Assembly (NCBI GenBank): GCA_902500205.1
Contig: GCA_902500205.1_4868.1
Strand: one strand, 5' to 3'
Source of the DNA: Escherichia coli
Lineage (GTDB): Bacteria; Pseudomonadota; Gammaproteobacteria; Enterobacterales; Enterobacteriaceae
DNA length: 64,000 nt
Position 1 is the stretch's first letter; each line of letters begins with the position of its first letter. Positions 38,057 through 47,917 of the stretch are shown one piece after another. The notes beneath the pieces were generated by a model. The model saw nothing but the letters and a program-made list of their open reading frames with translations, was not told where the DNA came from and made no database searches. Made by a program: the position numbers and the translations under genes.

Positions 38057-38646
38057 CTCTCGTAACACGCCCCTGGTATCCAGGTCTTAAAACAGCCGCA
38101 CAAATCACCGCCAAAGATGTCTACGAATTAATTCGCGCGGGTGCGGAGCACGTTCAAACCAACCCGAACTATGTAGAGCGTCCTATCGGTGAAGTCGATG
38201 GGGAAGCTGTCGAAGCACCGGTCTACGTTGAGTACGGCGAATGGTTCGCAGAGAACCACGGTTTCTACGATGCGTTAAACGCGGCGTTTGGTGATGACGA
38301 AGACGAAGGTATCGAATTCGACTGGAACGTTAATCTGGCGCTGATGTGGATTTGTGGTTTACGTCCAGCAATTAACGAAACCGAAGCAGGTTTCGTGCTG
38401 ACCTGGCGACAGTCGGCAGGTTACGATAAAGGGCTCGACTTCAAACAGGCGTATATGGATGTGTCAATTGCACTGCAGAAACTGTTCTTCGGCGATCGTG
38501 CGTTTTGCCAACTCAGCTGGCTGACCATCCTGGAAAAACTGGCAACGTGTCACAAACTGTGGCGAGCAGAAGATGCCCCAGAACATCTGTTCGTGCTCGA
38601 ATATGCAGTGGTACCGAACCAGCCGTTCTTTGAGGCCGAAGCGTAA
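38053..38646 (+). CDS. Hypothetical acidic protein (197 aa)
   Basis: ORF track; start overlaps the upstream stop. Confidence 0.55.
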   Translation: MTLVTRPWYPGLKTAAQITAKDVYELIRAGAEHVQTNPNYVERPIGEVDGEAVEAPVYVEYGEWFAENHGFYDALNAAFGDDEDEGIEFDWNVNLALMWICGLRPAINETEAGFVLTWRQSAGYDKGLDFKQAYMDVSIALQKLFFGDRAFCQLSWLTILEKLATCHKLWRAEDAPEHLFVLEYAVVPNQPFFEAEA

Positions 38647-38651
38647 TTAAC

Positions 38652-38685
38652 GGTCAGACCTTCGGGTCTGACCACCTTTTATTTA
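38652..38685 (+). terminator. Rho-independent terminator
   Basis: Hairpin ggtcagacc-ttcg-ggtctgacc followed by a T-run. Confidence 0.7.
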
Positions 38686-38697
38686 ATTCTTGGATGT

Positions 38698-38964
38698 GTG
38701 TTCGTGAAACGTTTAATAAATTTTCTCTACTGGATGGAGAAACGCTATAGCCACAACATTCCGATGATGTACGGTTTGCTATTCTCCACGGTAATGTTGG
38801 TAATCGGTGCGATTGTCGCACATCTGATGGAACTCACGTCCCCATGGGCGCAACTCTTTCTTACCATCTGGATGTTGTTCTCAGGCTACCACGTGCGTGG
38901 TTTCATGACCCGATTCTTTCGCTGGCGTAGTACCTGGCACGTCTTTAATTCCGACCGTAACTAG
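38698..38964 (+). CDS. Small membrane protein (88 aa)
   Basis: Two hydrophobic helices (LLFSTVMLVIGAIVAHL, LFLTIWMLFSGY). Confidence 0.5.
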   Translation: MFVKRLINFLYWMEKRYSHNIPMMYGLLFSTVMLVIGAIVAHLMELTSPWAQLFLTIWMLFSGYHVRGFMTRFFRWRSTWHVFNSDRN

Positions 38965-39024
38965 TTTTTTACAGCAGTAACTAATCATCTGAAAATACCG
39001 TTTACTTTTATAAGGACTATTAAC

Positions 39025-40158
39025 ATGCAATTTCCAATTTCCGTAATCGAAGATATGGCTCGTGTAGTACGTAACCGTGCCTATGTGCTTAGCTACGAAG
39101 GTGTTCGTGCTTATTCAGAAGCTCTGATTGCACAACACGTCACTGGCACCGGTGTTATCAACCCGGATCTTTACAATGCGCTGGTCGATAACAATGTGGA
39201 GGCTTACCTGCCGCTGCCGCACCTGCGTAATAAGTTGTGCCTTTCTTCTCAAACTCTTCAGTTTGATAACCTGCCGCCACTGAAATATTCGCCGGATGAC
39301 CGTTGGGGAAGTATGCTGGGCGTAGCTTTCCAAAATTGCCACGCGCCTTATAACTGGTCTATTCTCGTTGAAGGTGTTGATGGTGTCTGGTATGCCATTG
39401 CACATTCTGACGAATTCTTCTTCGAGCCAGGTGAACTGATTAAACCCGTAAGTGCTCCACATGGTCGTGTTAAGGTTGGGCATTGTTACATTGAATTGAC
39501 TCATGTTCAGTGGACTATCGAAGACTGGCGTGCTGCCTCCGTTATCTTCGGTGACGGTAAACCACACTCAGTCACTTTCGAGCGTTGCGAAGCAGTGCAT
39601 GTTGAAGAGCCTGACAATGACGAAGTGGGAGATCGTTACGCGCCGCTGGAAGAGTGTCGTAACATCGCGAACATCGACTGGGTGAAAGTCTTTACGGCCA
39701 ACCCTGGTTTCCGTGGTCAGACTATCAACCCCGGCGAAGTAACCTGGGAAGGTTTCGTACAACTCGCAGATAAACTCGGTTATGACGTGTGGGATTACAC
39801 CTACAAACGTCCATACCCGAATGCGTCAGAAGATGAAGACCACGATGAAATCATTCTGGAAAACTTGGCTGATATCGAAAATGTGTTTATTGACGACGAA
39901 ATCTTTGTTACCCTCGGTATCGAACGTCCAAAATCAACAGCTTATCCGGTGTCGGTTGCCAGTGTGATTCAGGAACTGGGCAAAATGCAGGAGCAGACTG
40001 TCGAAGTGAAAATCGACGAAGAGCAAATGCAGATTGTTGCGCAGGTACAGAAAACGCTGAACCTGGATAAACTGTACGCAGAAATCCGCAAGCTGCCGAA
40101 AAAGAAACGTACTGTTGCCACAATCAAAGCAATGGTCCGTGATATCATCGGTAAATAA
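39025..40158 (+). CDS. Hypothetical protein (377 aa)
   Basis: ORF track. Confidence 0.6.
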   Translation: MQFPISVIEDMARVVRNRAYVLSYEGVRAYSEALIAQHVTGTGVINPDLYNALVDNNVEAYLPLPHLRNKLCLSSQTLQFDNLPPLKYSPDDRWGSMLGVAFQNCHAPYNWSILVEGVDGVWYAIAHSDEFFFEPGELIKPVSAPHGRVKVGHCYIELTHVQWTIEDWRAASVIFGDGKPHSVTFERCEAVHVEEPDNDEVGDRYAPLEECRNIANIDWVKVFTANPGFRGQTINPGEVTWEGFVQLADKLGYDVWDYTYKRPYPNASEDEDHDEIILENLADIENVFIDDEIFVTLGIERPKSTAYPVSVASVIQELGKMQEQTVEVKIDEEQMQIVAQVQKTLNLDKLYAEIRKLPKKKRTVATIKAMVRDIIGK

Positions 40159-40175
40159 TGCGATAAAAATAAAAG

Positions 40176-40214
40176 CCTACCTACTCCCAAGGGAGTAGGT
40201 AGTTCTTTTTTTTC
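40176..40214. terminator. Bidirectional rho-independent terminator
   Basis: Hairpin cctacctactccc-aa-gggagtaggtagg with T-runs on both sides; placed between convergent genes. Confidence 0.7.
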
Positions 40215-40215
40215 T

Positions 40216-40839
40216 TTAATTTGTTAACCCGTTATCTTTCAGGATTTTCAACATCGCATCATTCAACGCCTGCAGTTCTTGATTCTGCTTAGTGAGTGTT
40301 GCAACTTGTTCTGTCAGAGGAACCTGCTCACGGATTTTGGCTTTACGCACCGCTTCCATTTGCAAGTGTTCTTCTTCCGTCACCGTCCCTTCGTAATCCA
40401 TCGATGTGATGTCCACACGTGCATCGATTCCTAAACCGCGTTCTAAGATGCTTTTCAGGTCGTTCGTTAGCAGTGTGACATCGACGTATTCGGGTATTAA
40501 TGCCAGGTCAATAACCACCACATTGCGTCTATAATTTAACCCGTTCAGTCCAGGATACGTCTCAATGTACGTATCAGGCAACTCGTAGACTTGACCGTCC
40601 CTCGACTTTAATGTTACAATCGAGGCTTCGACATTAGCGTCGCTGATATAGTCGTCACGAGTTAGGCCGACAGGTTTATAATACTTGTTATAAACGTCAA
40701 TATTATTACGTTGGAGTTTCGGAAAGTTCTGTACCGCGTCAACACGGTAAATCACTTTATCTGGCAACGTATAAGGTGCCTTAACCTTGAACAACCCCTC
40801 AAGGTTAACCTGAGGCGTGTTAGGCAACAGTTGTGCCAT
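40216..40839 (-). CDS. Hypothetical protein (207 aa)
   Basis: ORF track; C-terminal coiled-coil-like segment. Confidence 0.6.
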   Translation of the reverse strand: MAQLLPNTPQVNLEGLFKVKAPYTLPDKVIYRVDAVQNFPKLQRNNIDVYNKYYKPVGLTRDDYISDANVEASIVTLKSRDGQVYELPDTYIETYPGLNGLNYRRNVVVIDLALIPEYVDVTLLTNDLKSILERGLGIDARVDITSMDYEGTVTEEEHLQMEAVRKAKIREQVPLTEQVATLTKQNQELQALNDAMLKILKDNGLTN

Positions 40840-40849
40840 TTAACCCTCC

Positions 40850-42229
40850 TTAGGATTTTGGCTCTACCGCAGGAACATCCCAAATGGCCTTACGGGCCAA
40901 GACACGATATTCCACGTTATCGAATTCGAAGACGTAGAAGTAAACGTTAGGATCAACGTCGTCTACGAGCTTCACGATATCCAACGGGGTGGAGTGCGGA
41001 TGGTACTCTTCGGCTGCAATTAACGCCTGGAAGAACAGATCCAACCACTCGGTGGTTTTCTTCGACATTCTCGCAATATCCGCATTATTAGTGCCGATTA
41101 ATGCGTAGTCAGGAATTGTGTCATGCAGGGTCGTTTTGCGTGAATCGTTTTCAGGGCCAGCGATAACCACGGCGTTCAACGATTTATAGATGGACGGTAA
41201 ATCCGTTACATCGGTAGTTGGAATCGAGATCGCTCCACTATTTTTTTCCGTAATGGTTTGAACAGTCCACTCCCCAAATCGGGAGATTGCTTTGACCCAG
41301 AAATCATATGGGAGAATCGGCGAGTATAATGCCGCAACATCTTCCTCATTTGGAATCCCACGAATTGACCAACCGGGAACAATTGTGAACTTGGTGGTCG
41401 TAAAGATTTCTGGGAACACTTTGACACCCAACGCCACAGTAAAACTGGAGTTTGCCAAAATGTAATCACGTAACGCTTGTTTAATCCTGCTCGGGTTACG
41501 ACCCGCGCGTCCGTAGATGATAGCCGACATCGGTATCGGTAAGGTGGAGTCAAAGTCTTCCTGGTCGTGCCAAGTATAGATGTTAGTAATCAGGCTAGTG
41601 TACGGATAACCGTCAGCTAATTCGTTAATCTTATTATGGTGATCCGGAAGGTTGAACCCTTCCATTGCCTTTTCGACTACAGATTTCACAGCCAAGAAAG
41701 TATCAACCGGTAATATCGGCATTTGGACTTCAATTTCAAATCCAGTATAGTCCTGATTGAAATCTTCATCAGCAAACCAGAGAATAATCTGGTTATTTAC
41801 ATCAGACGGGTCTTCGACTTTATCTGCTGTGGTTTCAAGTTTCCAACTGACCCAACGTGGGAACCAGTTACTGTTAGTCTGAATCATCGCGCCAGACTGA
41901 ACACCGCTGATGACACTATTAAATTGCCCCAACAGCAAACGCTGGAATTCAACTTCGTCGTTTCTTAAGTTGCCCAGGATAGACTGTTGGTAGATCCATT
42001 GGGAAACAGTAAGAACGTGGTCGCTAAAGACGGCCGGGGTCTTAATAGGCAACTCGTCACGTTTAGAAGTAAAAGCAACCAGTTCCACCTGCAGATTTTC
42101 TTTAGTAAAATACTGCTTGCTTTTAGCGAACGAATATGACAGCTCAGACAACTCACCTACCGGAGCGGTGTTGCCAGGGCCATTATCAATCAGAGCCGCT
42201 ATTTGAATAAAGCCTTGTAAATCATACAT
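40850..42229 (-). CDS. Hypothetical protein (459 aa)
   Basis: ORF track; upstream of and co-oriented with the 207-aa gene. Confidence 0.6.
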   Translation of the reverse strand: MYDLQGFIQIAALIDNGPGNTAPVGELSELSYSFAKSKQYFTKENLQVELVAFTSKRDELPIKTPAVFSDHVLTVSQWIYQQSILGNLRNDEVEFQRLLLGQFNSVISGVQSGAMIQTNSNWFPRWVSWKLETTADKVEDPSDVNNQIILWFADEDFNQDYTGFEIEVQMPILPVDTFLAVKSVVEKAMEGFNLPDHHNKINELADGYPYTSLITNIYTWHDQEDFDSTLPIPMSAIIYGRAGRNPSRIKQALRDYILANSSFTVALGVKVFPEIFTTTKFTIVPGWSIRGIPNEEDVAALYSPILPYDFWVKAISRFGEWTVQTITEKNSGAISIPTTDVTDLPSIYKSLNAVVIAGPENDSRKTTLHDTIPDYALIGTNNADIARMSKKTTEWLDLFFQALIAAEEYHPHSTPLDIVKLVDDVDPNVYFYVFEFDNVEYRVLARKAIWDVPAVEPKS

Positions 42230-42253
42230 AATTAAAAACTCTCCGAGGTGAGC

Positions 42254-42763
42254 ATGATAGCATCAGTTTTCAAACTGCTTCCATTCTTACAGATGCTGTG
42301 GGAAGCATTTAAACCGGGCGAGGGGGAGAAAGTAACACGAGCCGGGAAGATAGTGACACTAGTGATAGTGGCACTGGTCGCGTTCTCTGCATTTGTCTCA
42401 TATGCCTATATTGTTCAATACCACACACTGGTTAGCGTCCAATCGCGTACTCAGTATCTGGAGATATCCTATAAGGAGCTAAAAGAGAAGTCCGATCATG
42501 GCGAAGTGGAGAACAATAAGCTGTACGATCGTCTCTTCACATGCCTGGGTTCTCGATCGCCATATGATGGTACCAAATCTCCAACAGGGACAGGCACTGG
42601 GGCCGCGGTTCCGCCTGAAGAACTCAAGCCGGTAACACCACAGGCACCGTTAAATCCGTCTAGCCCGCCTGCCAAGAAACACCAGGCAGCTTCTCGCCCA
42701 GTGGGGTCGCAGGCGGCAAACGATTTCCGACAGGAGATTATCAAGACGCTTAATAATCCATGA
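42254..42763 (+). CDS. Membrane-anchored protein, i-spanin-like (about 169 aa), tentative
   Basis: Single N-terminal transmembrane helix (IVTLVIVALVAFSAFVSYAYIV), then a charged helical segment and a Pro-rich tail; immediately upstream of a lipoprotein gene. Confidence 0.4.
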   Translation: MIASVFKLLPFLQMLWEAFKPGEGEKVTRAGKIVTLVIVALVAFSAFVSYAYIVQYHTLVSVQSRTQYLEISYKELKEKSDHGEVENNKLYDRLFTCLGSRSPYDGTKSPTGTGTGAAVPPEELKPVTPQAPLNPSSPPAKKHQAASRPVGSQAANDFRQEIIKTLNNP

Positions 42764-42772
42764 GGAGCATAC

Positions 42773-43252
42773 ATGAAGTTATTTTTGGTGGCGATACTGG
42801 TGCTATTGTTGACAGGATGCCCTGGGGTCATCCGTCACGTAGACCCAGATTACTCCTCAACCGGAGATTGGCCTTTTCGTCCTTTAGAACACCCACCAGT
42901 ATATAACGGTGGGAACAGTCCTGAGGCGAAAAAGCTGGCAGGGAAAATGTTTGTTGCGGATGTGAACGCTTATGCTTATTACGTTTATCTGTACGCTAAG
43001 TCAGTAAACAACTATGCAGAAGCTAAAGGGTGGCACACCCCGATGACCGCACCGCTTTGTGAAGAGTTTATTCGCCCCACTCTTCATGGTATACCCTCCG
43101 GGATATATCTCGACCCTGGTTCTCGTAGCCCTCAAGACATTAGTCGTGATTTGTCACGACAGATTAAGTCTCTCATTCGCAGCTATCGCGAAGACAGAGA
43201 GTCTTTTAATCGTGCCTACGAACGGCACAAAAGTAGTTGCCTTGTGCAATGA
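42773..43252 (+). CDS. Lipoprotein (159 aa), possible o-spanin-like partner
   Basis: Signal peptide with lipobox LLTGC; Pro-containing mature part with several Cys; larger than typical o-spanins. Confidence 0.5.
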   Translation: MKLFLVAILVLLLTGCPGVIRHVDPDYSSTGDWPFRPLEHPPVYNGGNSPEAKKLAGKMFVADVNAYAYYVYLYAKSVNNYAEAKGWHTPMTAPLCEEFIRPTLHGIPSGIYLDPGSRSPQDISRDLSRQIKSLIRSYREDRESFNRAYERHKSSCLVQ

Positions 43253-43257
43253 AAACT

Positions 43258-43296
43258 CCCTCTTACCTTCGGGTAAGAGGGGATTTCCTTTTTTAC
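43258..43296 (+). terminator. Rho-independent terminator
   Basis: Hairpin ccctcttacc-ttcg-ggtaagaggg followed by a T-run. Confidence 0.7.
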
Positions 43297-43340
43297 GTTA
43301 GTAGTTAATAGTGTGATATATAATCTCGTGGAGAGTTGAA

Positions 43341-44060
43341 ATGACCTATCCTAAAATTCTGCCTGTTTTAACACCAACCGTGGTTGTTGGGACGGACTTA
43401 GAGACCCTGGCTTTACGTCCAGATGCCTACATCTTAACGTTGGCAAACGTGGCATTCGATGTTCCGACAATGAAAATGATCGGTTCATGTTACCACAAAA
43501 TCGACCCCAATGATGCAAAAGCAAAAGAAATCTTCTACATCGATCCACAAACGGTCGGTTATTGGGAAGGTAAAGGCGACCCCGAATATGCACCGAGCGA
43601 GAAAGCACGTATTGAAGCGTTTTCTGGGACCACTCCACTGCCAGAAGCACTGTGGGCGGCCAAAAAATGGTTGGATGATCTGGGCAACGTGAAAATGGTT
43701 ATCACCATGCGCGGTCCCGATTTCGATGCTCCAATTCTGATGAACGCATTTGCACAGTGCGATATCCCGCCGGGCAAGTACCGCAAGTTTTCTATACTGG
43801 ACTCTGACCGGACTGCAGAACGTATTGCATATGCGTTTGGCCTGGAACCGAACTGGCACGCAGAAGCGCACCATTGGACCCGTGGCAAAGAAGCGTACGA
43901 GCATAACGCTAACTTTGATGCTGCGAAGGAAGCGTATTCTACGGCACGCATCTATCATTTGGCCCTGGTCGCGCGTACGTACGGCTTCGAACGCATGTTA
44001 GAAGCCCACCGCGAAATGTGCACAGGTGAATACATTCCACCGCAGTTGCGAGGAGAATAA
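43341..44060 (+). CDS. DEDDh-type 3'-5' exonuclease-like protein (239 aa), tentative
   Basis: N-terminal VVVGTDLETLAL (D-x-E Exo I-like) and C-terminal HNANFDA (H-x-A-x-x-D Exo III-like) motifs. Confidence 0.5.
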   Translation: MTYPKILPVLTPTVVVGTDLETLALRPDAYILTLANVAFDVPTMKMIGSCYHKIDPNDAKAKEIFYIDPQTVGYWEGKGDPEYAPSEKARIEAFSGTTPLPEALWAAKKWLDDLGNVKMVITMRGPDFDAPILMNAFAQCDIPPGKYRKFSILDSDRTAERIAYAFGLEPNWHAEAHHWTRGKEAYEHNANFDAAKEAYSTARIYHLALVARTYGFERMLEAHREMCTGEYIPPQLRGE

Positions 44061-45574
44061 TGAAAGACGTCGACGTAGCGGTTATTTATACCGATGGTAG
44101 TCATACTGAGTCCCCGAAAGGTTCGGGGGCTGGTATTCATGGTTATTTATTCAACAACGGAGATTTGGAAGACAGTCAGGCTTATAGCCATCCGGGTGTT
44201 TCAGAACGGATTACCACTGTTGGATACAAAAAAGTGCCGCAGGATGTGAAGTGTCCGGAGTTGCCGGACACCGTTCAATTTGTCGACGCCGTTATTCCCG
44301 TTCCGAAAGAGTTCTACTCAGATGTGGGCGAGTTAATCGCCTTCATCACGTTGTTTGAGAACGCGCCCTTCCGCGCGAAGAACTACATCATCTACGTGGA
44401 TGCCAGTTACGTTGTAAACACTTTTAACGAGTGGATAGACGGCTGGCATAAACGTGGTTGGGTTCGTGCTGACGGTACTCCGCTGGCGAACAAAGAACTT
44501 ATTGTTCGTATCTGGGAAATCAAACAGCAGATGAAAAAAGAAGGACGGGGTGTTAAGGTTATCAAAATCAAAGGACACTCCGGCCACTACGGTAACGACC
44601 GGGCGGACGAATTGGCTAGAAAAGGTTCAGCTATCACAGCGACCAACGACGGCGTTCCATATCAGCCGTACTGGTCGAAAGATGAGTTGCCTGCATCCGC
44701 GGAACCCGAGCCCATCGCCGCTGGGATGAACCTTGCGGCATATCCGCCGATTTGTACGGTTAAATATTGCTATCCATTGGTGAACGAGGACCATCCTACT
44801 GTAAAAGTGAAAGATGAAACTTTCTATTACATGTTTGGTGGTAACCATGCAAAGAACAAGGACGACTTGGTGTTTATTGGGAAAATGATTCCTGATGCAC
44901 ACTTTTCCGTAATGTTCACTAAACAACCGTGGGATAACATCTACACGATTGTAAACACCCACGCCGCCCTGGCATGGAAAGATACACCGAAGATGCGGCA
45001 GTATGATCCAATCGGTGTTGTTAACAATGAGTTCGTTAAACGTAAGAAGTTCGTTGATGTGGCAGGTGATGGATTACCGGCAGACAAGATGCATTTCAGT
45101 GGGGAGGATTCTAATGTCTGGTTCTTTGAAGACCTGGCCATCTCCAGAATGCTTCGCCCGCCCTTATTGTCGTACCGTGCGCTGGATATTCGTGACGAAC
45201 TCGCTACAACGTTGCGAGATGTTCTGCATCAGGAAAAGGGTTATGTCTTAAACGATATTACCGACTTGCTATTCGACGACAAAGGTAAACCTGTCAAGGA
45301 ATACTACCGTAGCGTCGATAAGTCAATAACGTTAAAGATTGACTTTCCGATGGGTAAACGACCTGTCTCGGTTATTTTGACTCGCGGTATCGATATTCCA
45401 TCGCGTACGGAAATCAACCGTATTAAAGAACCGGAAGGCCGTTATTACATCGCGGTGTGTCGTCCTGAAAAATACTACATCCGTTACTTCTTAATCTATA
45501 TCGGTAAAGAGTATCATGGGTTGTGGTGTGCGTATTACGCAAACCGTCGCATACTGCGAGAAGAAGAGGTGTAA
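44060..45574 (+). CDS. RNase HI-domain protein with about 350-aa C-terminal extension (504 aa)
   Basis: N-terminal VAVIYTDGS and downstream KIKGHSGHYGNDRADELARKG match RNase H catalytic motifs; stop/start overlap (TAATG) with the upstream exonuclease gene. Confidence 0.8.
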   Translation: MKDVDVAVIYTDGSHTESPKGSGAGIHGYLFNNGDLEDSQAYSHPGVSERITTVGYKKVPQDVKCPELPDTVQFVDAVIPVPKEFYSDVGELIAFITLFENAPFRAKNYIIYVDASYVVNTFNEWIDGWHKRGWVRADGTPLANKELIVRIWEIKQQMKKEGRGVKVIKIKGHSGHYGNDRADELARKGSAITATNDGVPYQPYWSKDELPASAEPEPIAAGMNLAAYPPICTVKYCYPLVNEDHPTVKVKDETFYYMFGGNHAKNKDDLVFIGKMIPDAHFSVMFTKQPWDNIYTIVNTHAALAWKDTPKMRQYDPIGVVNNEFVKRKKFVDVAGDGLPADKMHFSGEDSNVWFFEDLAISRMLRPPLLSYRALDIRDELATTLRDVLHQEKGYVLNDITDLLFDDKGKPVKEYYRSVDKSITLKIDFPMGKRPVSVILTRGIDIPSRTEINRIKEPEGRYYIAVCRPEKYYIRYFLIYIGKEYHGLWCAYYANRRILREEEV

Positions 45575-45575
45575 C

Positions 45576-46316
45576 ATGTTGCGAGTCGTGAGTGAATCGC
45601 TCACGCTCCACACACAAAGTCTGATTAACTGTGTGGAGCAATACGGATGGATGTCGTGGATGGCAACGAACCGTGAGTTTGGTGCTGCGCCCATGGAAGA
45701 TTACGACCTGTTGTACAAGTGGGGATTTGAGGCGGCTTGTGATGTTGTGGCGGAACTGGTTACTGAAACAATTGCGCGTTACAATGCAAGATGTGACGAA
45801 CCGATGCCCAAACAAGTCCCACCGCAAATACCTCCGCTACCGACAATCGATCGTGAGCATTGTCGTATCTGGACAATGGAAGAGTTGTACGACGAACACG
45901 TTAGAATGCTGAAACCGAACGAGCTAATAACCGGTGCGTTGAACTGGTTCTTACATCGTTTCTGGACAGAGTTGGTCGATGTGGCGGGTGACGAAGATAA
46001 CTGTTCTCAGGTTATTTGGTACGATCGAGCGATGTTTCATCGCAGTCTTAAAGATCGTAGTCTGTGCAACTTGTATATTGTTAACCCGTGTGAAGACATT
46101 GTAAGGGTAGCAGAAGGTAACTCTTATTCCGACTTGGTGATACCTGTGGTAGAGAAACCGATGGGTATTTTCCTGCAGGGAGACGCTTGGGTTTTAACGG
46201 ATGATATCTCGGGCTACCTGCTGGACCCGGATGACATTCACTCGGACGAACCTGATACCATCGAGTATTTTCACTTTACAGAACAGGCAGCACGCTTCTT
46301 GCATCTCTTAAAGTAA
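45576..46316 (+). CDS. Hypothetical protein (about 246 aa)
   Basis: ORF track 45516..46316; start moved to first ATG after the upstream stop (MLRVVSES). Confidence 0.55.
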   Translation: MLRVVSESLTLHTQSLINCVEQYGWMSWMATNREFGAAPMEDYDLLYKWGFEAACDVVAELVTETIARYNARCDEPMPKQVPPQIPPLPTIDREHCRIWTMEELYDEHVRMLKPNELITGALNWFLHRFWTELVDVAGDEDNCSQVIWYDRAMFHRSLKDRSLCNLYIVNPCEDIVRVAEGNSYSDLVIPVVEKPMGIFLQGDAWVLTDDISGYLLDPDDIHSDEPDTIEYFHFTEQAARFLHLLK

Positions 46317-46317
46317 T

Positions 46318-46340
46318 CTGAGATAGATATTATCTACAGG
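46318..46340 (+). promoter_or_regulatory. Recurrent motif copy 5 (ctGAGATAGATATTATCTACAGG)
   Basis: Best-conserved copy; about 30 bp upstream of the ATG at 46370. Confidence 0.45.
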
Positions 46341-46369
46341 GACGTAACCTTAAGGAGAATTTATTCACG

Positions 46370-47104
46370 ATGCTTAAAGTCGAAGTGCCAGTGCTTTTAA
46401 ACCTCACGCCCCAGTTCTTTGAAGCGTTGTTCGAAAAGCATTGGCCCGCGTTCGCGAAGAACGAACTAAAGGATAACCCACAGTGGTATCCACTGCGCGA
46501 TGAATTCAAGTACACAGCCATCAACGTCTGTATAGAAGTCTTCACTGCGTGGTTACAAGAGATGTACGACTGCATCAACACCGAACGGTTGTTCACGCTA
46601 GAACATGTAGAGATTAATGTTGTTGACGTCTACGAAGGTTACACCTACGAAGAGGGCATTACTGCCACGGGGTTAAGCCAACAAGACGTTGAAGAACAAA
46701 TCTTTGCGTGGATCGAGTGGTTTACGGAAAAGTTGATGCTGGCTGATTTTGTCACGCAGGTGGAAGATGTATTCATCCCAATGTACGAGCGGTTAGCTGA
46801 GATACGTCGTAACCATCGACTGCTCGGTTACTGGTATGACACTTATACCACCTCCTCAACACTGTGGTCTTCCGCTACTGCCGCATTTGGCATAACTGAT
46901 GGCGATTACGATGTCGTTCATTCCGGCCCTTGGCAGTATGGTTTCGGCACCCTGTGGCACGAGCTGACCGATGCCATGTGTCTGGACTTTTATCTGTGTG
47001 AAGGTAAGTTTTACACGGATAACTGCGTGAGCCAAATTCCGAATGGTGCGATGGTGGTGATGTGTCGCATCCGTAAAGAAGTCTCTGAGAAACTAAACTA
47101 CTGA
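46370..47104 (+). CDS. Hypothetical protein (244 aa)
   Basis: ORF track; AAGGAG RBS. Confidence 0.6.
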   Translation: MLKVEVPVLLNLTPQFFEALFEKHWPAFAKNELKDNPQWYPLRDEFKYTAINVCIEVFTAWLQEMYDCINTERLFTLEHVEINVVDVYEGYTYEEGITATGLSQQDVEEQIFAWIEWFTEKLMLADFVTQVEDVFIPMYERLAEIRRNHRLLGYWYDTYTTSSTLWSSATAAFGITDGDYDVVHSGPWQYGFGTLWHELTDAMCLDFYLCEGKFYTDNCVSQIPNGAMVVMCRIRKEVSEKLNY

Positions 47105-47117
47105 AGGAGTATTTAAA

Positions 47118-47489
47118 ATGACGCAAGACGAATTTGAAACGATGGTAAAACAATACTTTAAAGAAGGGACTATTCTGTACATAGTCGCACCCGAGAGCGA
47201 AAACTGGTTGACGTTATCGTCGCGGGTAACCACCCTACGCGGCCCAGTTACTCAAGAAATAAGACAGATGGCTCGTATAGTTCGAGATACCGCCATCCAG
47301 GGCGGTAAAGTCGTCAGCTTCTCCCACCTCTCTCCGATCGGCCACTCTAACTTAGAAACCGAAGTTGATGTGGTTGCAACCGTCGGTTTCGATTTAGACG
47401 GCTCCCCAGGCACTAGCCTTGTTGCCATTAAGAAATGGCGTGGATACGATGCGATTCCATCGCCGGGGGTTTGGCCAGCTACCAGCTAA
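47118..47489 (+). CDS. Hypothetical protein (123 aa)
   Basis: ORF track. Confidence 0.55.
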   Translation: MTQDEFETMVKQYFKEGTILYIVAPESENWLTLSSRVTTLRGPVTQEIRQMARIVRDTAIQGGKVVSFSHLSPIGHSNLETEVDVVATVGFDLDGSPGTSLVAIKKWRGYDAIPSPGVWPATS

Positions 47490-47499
47490 TGGGGGCGGT

Positions 47500-47907
47500 A
47501 TGTTAAAGGTGTATAGCGAGTCATTGATGGACTTGCAAGAGTATCTAAAGCATGTGGAAATTAACGGCAACCGTGGAATGATATACTCCATGGTTGTCGA
47601 GATTTTAATTAAAATCGTGCTTGTTTCATTCCACGTGGCAGAAAATGGCACTGCTGTACCAGGCGATGTTTATAAAGGTGTTATTAAACATCTTAGCGAC
47701 CGCTACAGTTGTTTACGTGAACCGGATATCTTTAATGAGGTGCAGCGTGTTGTGTTGCTTATCCTCGACAACCGTGAAGATTTGGCGTACAAGCTTGCGC
47801 ATGAATTGGCAGACACGTCACAGCACGGTGGACAACTGAAATATAACGTTGTGGATCTCGTAGCGTGCAGATACTGGTATACGCAGCCCGAGTTAAGTAA
47901 CTTTTAA
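47500..47907 (+). CDS. Hypothetical protein (about 135 aa)
   Basis: ORF track 47419..47907; start moved past the upstream stop (MLKVYSES). Confidence 0.5.
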   Translation: MLKVYSESLMDLQEYLKHVEINGNRGMIYSMVVEILIKIVLVSFHVAENGTAVPGDVYKGVIKHLSDRYSCLREPDIFNEVQRVVLLILDNREDLAYKLAHELADTSQHGGQLKYNVVDLVACRYWYTQPELSNF

Positions 47908-47917
47908 GGAGCATTAG

